NCBI GenBank assembly: GCA_004431415.1
Contig: QPMI01000029.1
Coordinates: 1-64,000, forward strand
Source of the DNA: Cyanophora paradoxa CCMP329
Taxonomy: Eukaryota; Plantae; Glaucophyta
DNA length: 64,000 bases
Direction of reading: 5' to 3'
This document shows, one piece after another, positions 1 through 9,723 of the stretch. Position 1 is the stretch's first letter, and each line of letters opens with the position of its first letter. The position numbers were made by a program, and so were the translations under genes. The notes beneath the pieces were generated by a model that made no database searches, was not told the DNA's origin, and saw only the letters and a list, made by a program, of their open reading frames with translations.

Positions 1-3000
1 TGGGCCGTCACCCTTGCCTCCTTCGCCGGTACCCGCGCGCGCGTACCCCCTTCTTTCCAGCTTCCCACTCTACCCTGTACCCCCAGCCTCCGCGGAGTCG
101 GCGGAGCTGCACCCCGCCCTCGTCGCCGCCGCGCCCTTCTGGAGGCCGCCCCCCGACGACGTCGGGGTACACGTACCCCCTAACCCCCCCCCCCCCCCTT
201 TCTCCTCCTCTAATATCTTCCTCCTCTTAGGTCTTTGAGGGCGGCGCGGCGCTGACGCTGAACGCCGAGGTCGAGCCGGGGCGCTCCCCCGGGGTACGGC
301 CCCTCATCCGCCTCGCCATTGACTGGGTACGTCCTTCTTTCTTTCTCAGCTACTCTCCTCTATCTATCTCGTCCTCGCTCTCATTTCTTTGCGCAGGCGG
401 TGGCGGCGCCCGGCTCGGCGCGCTGCGCCCTGCGCCTCCGGTGCCCCTCGCCCCTCGCCCTTCTTAGCTTCTTCTTCCTCTTCTTCTTCCTCTTTATAAG
501 CTCACACCCCTTATTAGCTTATTCGCTTCTTAGCTTCTTAGCTTCTTAGCCTCTTCTTCCTATTAGCTTACGCCTCGCCCCTTCGTTCGCCCCCAGGTGC
601 CCAGCGACGACGCGGGAGATGGGCCGCTCGGCCGACTCGTGGGTCACGACCCCCGAGGGCACCGCCGCCCTCTCCGCCGCCGCGCTCGCCGGCGAGACCT
701 GCGAGTGCGCCCCTATCTCTCCTCATATAACTAAAGAATACCGTTGGGTTTAATGTTGGATTACTAATTACACGTACATCTCCACCGCCTGGTCCCCAAG
801 TATCATAAACACCCCCGAAGAACATTGCTTTTAATACTAAAAGTAAAGCACCACTTCCTAAAAGCATTAAATGAATGCCCCTATCTCTCCTCTATATATC
901 TTTCAGCCTTGTCTGAAGCCTTCCTTCGAATTCGTTCGCAGGGGCGACCCCTCCGCCATCGCGTGGGAGATCGGGTGCCAGGTGCGCCGGTCGCCGTACT
1001 CCCGTTGTTTGTTTTCACTACCCCCTGACGCTCAATCTCCCCCCTGCAGCACCCAAACTCGACCTTCGACGCGTACCTCTCGTCGCGTACCCCCCCGTTC
1101 TCCATGACGCGCCTGTACTCCTCCGCGGACCGCGAGTGGGGTACCCTTCTTTTTCTTCTTTTCGCCCCGTTCCTTCTAACCAAACCCTCTACCCCCGCCC
1201 TCTTCTTCGTTCGCAGTCTCCCGCACATCCGTCGCCATGCGAATGCAGGTCAAGGTGCGGTACCCCCCTTCTCTCTCCCTGTACCCCCGCCCACCCGACC
1301 CCCCGACCAGGTACCCCCCGGGGAGTGGGACCTGCGCCTGGGGGGCCTCCTCCTCACCCGCGTCTGCGAAGTGGTGCCGTACCCCTCCATCACCCTTCCC
1401 CTCCCCCACCCTCCTCCCGAGGCGAACGAACGAGCGAGCGAGCGAGCGAGCGAGCGAACGTTAAATCTTGGATCTATACGTTAGAACGGCTCCGCTGGGC
1501 GGCTAGTGCCCTTTGCTCGCTGATGGACGGCTCCACTGCGAACGGCTCCGCTGCGCGGCTAATGGGACGGGAGCGGGGCCGCTCGCTGCCCTCGCCTCGA
1601 ATGAACCTCGTCGGGCAGTTCAACGTGGAGCGGAACCGGACGCGCGTCTCGCGGGTGAACGTCGTCCGCTGGAACGGCCTCACCGGCACCTGGCAGGTCC
1701 GCCCCGCCCGCCCCGCGCCCGAGACGCCCGTCGCCGCCGCCTGCCGAACGAGGCCCGAAACTTTAGCCGGGGGCCCGCCCGTAGCCTTCGCTAGCTCGCC
1801 CTGCCCTGGGCCCGCTGCCCTCCCTTTGGATATCTCACGGCGTTGAAGCTCTTTATCATGGCCCGCGCTCCAAGCTCGCCACGGCGCCTCTCGTTTCGGG
1901 GGCTCGCTCGCTCCCTCACGTCACCCCGCGCCGCGGCGTCTCAGAAGCCCGTCGCTTAGCTCGCCTAGCTCGCTCTCCCTTAGGGCATCCTAGGGCCTCG
2001 ACGCTCGCCCTTCCGCCGCGCCCCGCCGGCCAGCGAGGGATCGGCGCCCCGCAAGGACCTTCTTAGTACATTTATGAACATCTTTTGGCCTTGTGCCTCT
2101 CGCCTCGGGGGTTCTTGCGCTCAGCCCGTGGCCGAATACTATTATTATACTATACTATTAGGATGCCTTGGCGCTCTATATTTAGCCCTGGGGCGGCTCA
2201 CTCCGCTCACTCGCCCCGCGGCGTGCGCAGGCGGCGGCGACGGCGTTCGCGCCCTCGTACGCGAGCCTGCCCCAGTTCTACCGCTCCTCCACCTACACCC
2301 AGGTCCCCGGGGCGCGGGGCCGGGCGTGGCGGGGGCGGGCCGGAGTCTAGGGCGGCGGGGGGGGAGGGGGGGGAGGGGGGGGGAACCGGCGGCGGGGGGG
2401 GGGGGGCGGGGCGGGGGGGGGGGGGGCGGGGCGGGGGTAGCGATGGACGCGGAGGATGGCTTGGGAAAAGAGAGGGGGCGGGGCGAGGCGTGCTCGGCTC
2501 CGGTCCCTTCTCGTATACTATGGCCCGCTTATATTATTATTTAGCACACTTCGTGCATCTTTAAGGTCCTGGCGCCTAACGATCGTATTGTTTTCGCATT
2601 GTCCCTGATCGGATTGTCTCGGCCCCTGCAGACCTCGGGGTCGGGCCAGGAGGTGGTCAACGCGGGAGGGTCCAGCACCGGCATCGCCGGCCCCGCCCCC
2701 GCCGCCGCCGCCGTGGCCCGCCGCCGCCGCCTCTCTTCCCTGTCTTCTTCTTCTCTTCCCGCCCAGTGCCCTGCCTCATCCTCTCCCTCCTCTCCTCATG
2801 ACGGCGCCGCGTCCTTTGTAATGTGCGGCGTACCCCCTCCCCTTCTGCCACTCCCCGCCCTTATCGATTCCTGTGTTAATTCAGATCGGACGGGCGCCGA
2901 GAGGGCGCGCTGCGCCGGGGCGTCGCGGCGCTGGGGCGGGCGGCCGCCCGCGCCCTCCTCCTCCTCGCCGGCCGCCGGTCCGAGCCCGCTCCCCCTCCTC

Positions 3001-6000
3001 CCACCCACCTCCACGACGACGACTCCTTTCCTCCACACCTCCACGACCCCGTCGACCGCCCCCGCCGGGCCCCCCTCGGCTTCTCCTCCTCCCCCTCCTT
3101 CGCCTCCGCCTCCGCCAAAGAGCCACTGCCGGCGCCGGGCAACCTGACGGAGATCGTGGACGTATCCGTCGAGATCTTCTTTGGCGGCTTCGGTGCGCCC
3201 GCCGCCTTATATTATTAGCGCTCTTAGGACACCTAAGGACACCTTAGCGCACTCTTAGTACACCTTATGTCATTATTTAGCACTCTTAGGACACCTTATG
3301 TTATTTAGCTCTAGGCCCGCCCGCCCATCCGCGCCCGCCCGCCCCGGGACCAAAGCACAGGGAGCCGGGAGGAGGGGGGATAGAGAGAGGCGTAGCTCTA
3401 GCGCTCGTGACGGGCGGCGGGGCCGGGCCGATCTAGTCTAGTCTAGTGCCGGGAGAGGAGAGGAGAGGAGAGAGATGAGGAGAGGGGGGCCGGTCCGATC
3501 AGAGGCCGCGCCATGCCATCTTCACACTTGATCCCCATCTAAACTCAACCCCCTCCGGAAAGAGTCTGACTACTCCCCTCCACCCTCCCCCCGCCCCTCC
3601 AGGCTGGTCCTCGTGGACGGTGGCGACGCTGCTGAAGCGGAGCGCGGGCGTCGCCGAGCGCCGCGTGATCGACGGCGGCCGCGTGCCCATCGTCCCCGGT
3701 GCGCTCGAGCTGAGACGTAAACGCATAAAACGCTCAAATGCATAAATAATAGTAGATCCCGCGCTCACACTATTGATTTGGTGCCGCCGAGGCGGTTGGG
3801 TTGATTTCGCCCCGCCCCGCCCCGCCCGAGGGTATTGATTTCGCCCCGCCCCGCCCCGCCCGAGGGCCCCGAGGCGGTTGGGTTGGGTTGGATCTAGGCT
3901 GTGCGGTTGGAGTTGCGTTTCTTCACTCTACTTCAGAAGACATATGCTTTAATCCACAGCGCGTCCCCGTCGTCCGTCCCCGGCGCGCGCTGTGCCCTGA
4001 AACATAAACGCACAAAACGCTCAAACGCATAGAATAGTAGATCCCGCGCTCACTTTATTGATTTGGGGGGCCGCCCCGCCCCGCCCCGCCCCGCCCGAGG
4101 GCCCCGAGGCTGTGCGCGCGCACAGTGCCCCGGATAGATAGATGAATAAACGCACAAACGCATGAATATAGTAGATCTCGAGCTCTCGCCCTGTCCGCCC
4201 ACCCCGACCCGCCCCGCACCATCGCGCCCACGCGGCTACGCTTTGCTCCTTTGCTCCCCTGCCTGCCCTCACTCGCTCGCCCTCGCGCCCTCCTCCCTCT
4301 CCCTCGCAGGGACCCTCCGCCTCATCCACGAGCCGGAGACCTACGTCGTCATCGACACCCTCACGGTCCGCCCCCCCCCTACCCCCCTACCCCCCCCCTC
4401 CCTTCGTTCGTACCTCGCGGTCTCCCTCCTGACCTCTGCTGCCCCCCCTCCTCCCCCCCCCCGCAGATGGGCGTGGTGGTGATCGTGGGCGTCTCGTTCG
4501 TCCTCGCCATCCTCGCCAATCTCTACGGCCGGTGCGCGAGGAAGAGGGGAGGTGATAAAGAACAGCTAGAGCCGCCTTAGGTTACCTCTTAGGCCATCCT
4601 GTGCGCGAGAAAGAGCCGACGGGAGTGGAGTCGATAAGAGCGGAGTTGAGTTGATAGAGGACACCGAGTGCGGCCAAAGCATAGGGAGCCGGGAGGAGAG
4701 GGGGTAGGGAGAGGCGTTGCTCTCCTACCCCCCTACCCTCCCGCACATCCATTGATCGTGGGCGGCTAGGTGCCGGCAAGCCACGCGTGCCTGGCACCTA
4801 GCCTCACCTAGAGCCGCCTTTCCGCCGCAATCTAGAGCCGCCTTAGGCTGTATCTTAGCTATCCTCGCCAACCTCTACGGACCTGCAGCCGTGCCTTTCC
4901 CGAGCCCTGACCTAAACCTTGCTCTAGCCCCCCCCCCCTCCCTCTCCCGGCGCCCCCGCGCCCCCCGCCTCGCCCCACCCCGCCCCGCCCCCCGCGCCCC
5001 TCACGGGCCGCCCCTCTGCCCCTCCTTCCTCGGCATGACTTGATGGGACCTGACCTGACCTCCCCCCCCCCCCCCCCCCCCCCCCAGGATGTTCTCGATG
5101 GAGGCGGTGGAGCAGGAGGAGTACCTCGCCCCCTTCATGCGCCCCGCCGTGCCCCCCGCCCCCGCCCGCCCCTCCCGCCCCGCCCCGCTCGCCCGATCCT
5201 TCGTTTGCTTGGATGAGGGGTCTAGAGATGGTCTCGCTCGCTCGATCGAAGTTCCCGCTCGGCCTCACCCCCTCGCTCCGTTCGTCCGCCGCAGACGCGG
5301 GCGAAGCGGCGGCGGCGGCGGCGCCCGCAGCAGCAGGACGCCGCCTCCGTCGTCAAGCGCCCCGCCCAGGTCCGAGCTTTGGAGAAGCCGGCGAGAAGCT
5401 TAGCGAGAAACCGCCTTGGTTTCCGAGAATGGTCCGAGAAGCTTAGGTCCGAGAATGCCTTCCTAGGCGAAGCGCAGATCCTCCAGGCGAAGGCGAGAAG
5501 CGTAGCGCATGGGGGTCGGGCGTGAGGAAGAAGCCGGCGAGAAGCTCAGCGAGAAACCGCCCTGGTTTCTTAGGAGCCGCCTAGGTTTCTAGGTTTCTAG
5601 TTCGCGCACTCGACTTTCTAGCAAGCTAGGCTTCCTGTCTTCCCCCAGCCGGCCCTGACGGCCGGCGCAGCCGCGCCTGGGCGGCGGGCCCGGCATCCTC
5701 GCCCGCCTCGGAGGGGGAGGGGGCAGGCAGGCCGCCTACTCCGCTGGAGGAGGAGGAGGGGGCGGGTGGGGCGGCGGCGTCTACCGCCAGGGGTGCGAGC
5801 TGTGTACCCCATGTACCCCATCCTTTGTTTGTTTGTTCGAGGATTCTTCTTCGTTCGCAGAGGCGGAGCGGACGGCTCCGAGTGGGGGTTCGAGAACATC
5901 GAGCTGGCCGCGCGGAGGTTCGAACCCGCGCGGGGCCGCTTTCTCCTTCGATCATAAGCGCCCTTTGTTCGCAGCGACGGGCGCCCGAGCAACCGCAGCG

Positions 6001-8152
6001 GTTGGGCCGGCGCCGGCGCCGGTGCCGGCGCAGGCGGCGGGCCGGGGGCTCCTTCAGGCGACCCCGGCGCGTCGGGCAGCCCCGGCGGGCCCGAACGGGA
6101 CGGAGCGCCCGAGGGCGCCGCGACTGCGCTGGGTCCCGGGCGGGCGAGTCCTCCGGGGCGGCGGCGGCTCAGCAGCAGCGGCGGCGGGCGCGCCGGGCGG
6201 AGCGGGCGGAGCGGGCGTACCGGGGACGGCTCGGCCGGCCCAAGCGGGTCCGGGGGCGTCGGCGGCATCGGCGGCGGCGGCGGCGGCGGCGGAGGCGGCG
6301 GAGGCGGCCAGCGCGGGCGCGGCGTGGTCCGCAGCCCCGCCCTTTCTTCTTCTTTTTCCTCTCGCGGGATTCGAACCCGGGCCCCGCGCGCGCAGGGCTC
6401 CTCGGAGTCGGGCTCCTCCGGGGGGGAGGAGGAGGAGGATCCCTTCGAGCTCGACATGAACGTGCGCGATTCGCGTACCCCCCAAAACCTCTTCCCCCCA
6501 ACTTCTCAAAATAAGCCGCAGGGGGCGGGGATCGGGATGGGGGCGGCGGCGGCGGCCTCTGTGGGGCTCGGCCCCGACGTCCGCTCGGCCCCGCCCAAGG
6601 CGCCCAACGGCATGGTCCTCGCGCCGGCCCCGCGGCCCACGCCGCCCGGCATCCTAAGGGCCCCGCGCGTCGGGCGGGCCCCGGGGGCGGCTCGCCTCAC
6701 TCTCGAGGGCCTAAACGACGGCGCCGGCCGCGACGCCGACCGCGCTCTCGACCCCGTTCGCACCGTACCCCCCCTCCCCCTTACCTGAGGCTTTACCCCG
6801 CCTCCCTCGCGATCGAAGGGCGAGATCAGCGCCCGATCCCGCCTGTCGGCGTACAGGTGTACCCCCTTTCTTCCTTCCTCCTTCGCCCGCCGTTCCGCTC
6901 ACGCTGTACCCCCCGCACAGCGCCGCCACCACCGCCAAGCACACCGTAGACGGCTTCTGGGTGCTGAAGCGGGCACGTGCCCCTCGGTCCACTTCCCCCT
7001 TCCCCGCCCTTCTAAAAATAGGCCGCCGCAGGTGGTCCGGTCGGCGTCGAAGAAATCACTTCGTTCGCGTGTCTCGAGCGCCCCCCCGTCTCGTCACGCC
7101 TCCGCCGACGAAGGGAGTACGCAAATTCGGAAAAGATAAAAGGAATGCAGCGCGCTCACCGTTTTCGGCGCAGCGCGGCGGACTCTCTTCCCCCCCGGGG
7201 CCGGCACGGGTCTCCGCATCCCATCCGACCCCAACACGCGCGAGCCCTCCCCGGACGTACGCGTACCCCCCTTTCCAGTCTCGTACTCCCTTCTGATCCT
7301 TTCGGCGCAGCCGTCGTCCCGGGGGACAGGGCTTGGCCCGGGTACGGTCCGCACGCACCGCTCCATGCGCTCTATGAAGAGCTCCCTGGCCACTCTCGAC
7401 GTTCGTACCCCTCTCCGCGCTGCTGAAAATAGCGCGGGCGCCGATTCCGGTACCCCGGCCGGCGCGCAGGAGGATGCTGAGGAGGGGGTAAGCCCCGTCC
7501 ACCGCAACGGGGCCGGGGGGCCCGCAGACTTCCCAAGCCCGCCCCAGGTACTCCTCGCCGAGATTCGACGTACCCCTGCTCTGCCCCTGGGGTACAACGT
7601 TTTTGCTTTCGCAGGACGGCATCGCCCTTAAGATCGCGTCGCTGCGGGCCCGCCGGGAGCAGATCTACGCCGAGACGGGTACGGGTGCCGGCAGGCCCTC
7701 CTCCGCCGGTCCCAGCGTCACCCTCGCGGTACCCCTCTCCCACCTCTTCCCGCCCGCATCCAGTGTACCCCGCCCGAATCTATTTTTAGGTGCGGGAGGC
7801 GTTAGACGCGGAGCAGCCGCTGGCCTCGAAGATGCCTCTGCTGCCGCGAAAGTGGGGCGGGAACGTCTCCGCACGATCGGTGGCCTCGAACGGGAGCAAG
7901 GCGAGCGCGCGCACCCCTGGCCCCCTCTTTCCTGTACCCATCTGAAACGCACGTGTGTGCGCGTACCCCCGGCAGGCCCTGATCGTGGTGACCACGGAGA
8001 CTGTGCGCCGAGTACCCCCCTGCCATCCCGGCCCCGCCCCCGCCGCCCGTTCTGAGGCGTACCCCCCGCAGAACCAAGACGTGCTGCCCCCGCTTCAGCG
8101 TGGCGTCCGGGGCCGCAGCGAGGCGGGCAGCGCCCAGATCTCGCCCCGCTGA
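1..8152 (+). CDS. Probable multi-exon gene (5'-partial), uncharacterised single-pass membrane protein with low-complexity cytoplasmic tail; could be more than one gene
   Basis: Chain of short GT..AG-bounded coding-like segments on + (e.g. [29 protein letters not shown] ~1610-1696, [19 protein letters not shown] ~4310-4365, hydrophobic [21 protein letters not shown] ~4468-4530, last exon [26 protein letters not shown] ending 8152). No family recognised. Confidence 0.35.
709..892. repeat. 16-bp direct repeat (TSD) GCCCCTATCTCTCCTC flanking the psbC insert
   Basis: Identical 16-mers at 709-724 and 877-892. Confidence 0.9.
725..876 (-). pseudogene. psbC: Nuclear plastid DNA insert (NUPT): internal fragment of photosystem II CP43 gene, inside an intron
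   Basis: AT-rich island translating on - as [50 protein letters not shown], matching the CP43 segment [35 protein letters not shown]; no start/stop context. Confidence 0.9.
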
Positions 8153-8256
8153 TCTAGTTAGCGGGGTACGCAAGTACCCAGGAGCAAAAGATGCAAAATC
8201 GATCGATCCGATTCGAACACGAGCTTGGGATGGGGGGAGGGGGGAGGAGCCCGCAG

Positions 8257-9553
8257 CTACGCTTTCCGGCCTGCGGGACGAACGAACGGCGGGGGCGGTC
8301 ATTATTTTAGACGGGCGGGAGCGGAACCAGGGTGGTAGGGGGGAAGGGATCGAGGGGGGGTACGCGCGTACCCTCGACGAGGACGATGTGCCAGCCGTTG
8401 GCGCCCTTGAACGGCTCCGTGCACTTCCCGACGGGCGTGTTGAAGGCCTTGTCCTGGAAGATACCCTGCATGCGCCCCGGCCCGGCCCGGCGTGTGAGTG
8501 GGACGGCGCGCTCGCGAGCGATCCAGCAGGCGGACGGCTATAGCTAGCCAGCGGGCGGGTCGGAGCTAAGATTCAGGAGTGCGACTTTGCATCCGCTCGC
8601 AAACTAGCAAGCGGATGCAAGATGGCGAAGCCGTATGGGCCGGTGCGCTAGCGAGCTGCTTGCAGGTTGGAGCTAGCCAAAGACGGTTCGCGCGGTCGTG
8701 CAGGCAACTTTCCTGTGGACCGAGGGGACCGAGGCCGGGTTCTGGGCGGGCGGGCGGCTACGGCGGCGGCTGGGGCCACGGGCGGGGGACTAGTTCTGGG
8801 ATCTGGATTCTAGGATCTGGGTCCGGGTTCTCCTCTAGGGTTCTAGGCCATGTGAGAGCGGGCGCCGCACCTCCATCTTGCCGCGGGGGAACCAGCCTGC
8901 GCACGCAAGAGCGAGCGAGGGAGCGAGCGTGAGCGGCCCCGGCGGCGGGGCGGGGCGGCGGGCGGCGGGCTCGAGCCGGCGCTCGCTCGCGCACCGAGAT
9001 CTCCGCCCTTCTTGCCCGACGAGCACTCGCTGCGGGGCGGCGCGGCGGAGGCGGAGGAGGCGGAGGCGCGTCGGTCGACCGAGACGCGACCGCCGACCGG
9101 CGGCGGTGGGCTGGGCTCGGCACCTGTACTCCATGGCGAGCTTCCCGAACTCCGGGGGCGGCACCTTGTTGCCGTCATTGATCCATCCCTCCTGCAGCTT
9201 CTGCGGGGCGGAAGCCGCGCGGCGGCGCGTTAGCTGCGGCCATCGGGCGGCGAGGGGACTGCGCGGCGAACCTTGTAGCACTCCATGATCTTGCCGTTCT
9301 TCTGCAATGGCGGCGGACGCCCGTCAGATCGCGCGAGCGACGAAGCATTCGGCATTGGGCGCCGCCAGCGCCGGCCGCGCTTCCGCTGACCTCGCACAGG
9401 ATGTGCCGCGCCTTCACGTGGTTCTGCGGCGCATGCGGGGCTTCAGGACGCGCGCGTGCGCTCGAAGCGCGGCCGAGCCAGACTCACGCAGGTGCCCATC
9501 TTGTCGTCGTCATCCGCCTTGCCCTTGCCCTTCCCACCTGCCTTGGGGCCCAT
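8257..9553 (-). CDS. PIN4: Parvulin-type peptidyl-prolyl cis-trans isomerase (Par14/PIN4-like), 8 exons
   Basis: Spliced reading MGPKAGGKGKGKADDDDKMGTC|NHVKARHILCE|KNGKIMECYK|KLQEGWINDGNKVPPPEFGKLAMEYS|ECSSGKKGGDLG|WFPRGKME|GIFQDKAFNTPVGKCTEPFKGANGWHIVLVEG|RKA*. Rotamase motifs ARHIL, GGDLGWF and GWHIV; basic N-terminal tail; canonical GT-AG introns. Confidence 0.9.
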
Positions 9554-9723
9554 CGTGCGTGGCTTTGTGAGTGGCGAGGTCCTGCCGCGGGTACAGGTGC
9601 GCCGTCGGGGTCAAGGGGTACACACGTGCGCGGAGAGCCGCAGCTGCAGATCCAGCGCCGAATCTAGGCCAGCGGACGCTACCAGCAGTGCCGGAACACC
9701 TGCAGAGCTCGCGGCCGACGCAG
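9554..9723. promoter_or_regulatory. Compact divergent intergenic region / probable bidirectional promoter
   Basis: Only 170 bp between the parvulin ATG (9553, -) and the inferred phosphatase ATG (9724, +). Confidence 0.45.

Noticed and set aside
568-867. 99-aa ORF as a functional psbC/isiA gene or plastid contig contamination
   Set aside because: Only ~50 codons are CP43-like, the rest is read-through into GC-rich host sequence, and the insert is bounded by a host TSD.
5600-8100. Numerous long overlapping Arg/Pro/Ala-rich ORFs here, at 38800-39850 and antisense to 47000-54000
   Set aside because: Expected from stop-codon scarcity at very high GC and shadowing of real exons; no domain motifs.
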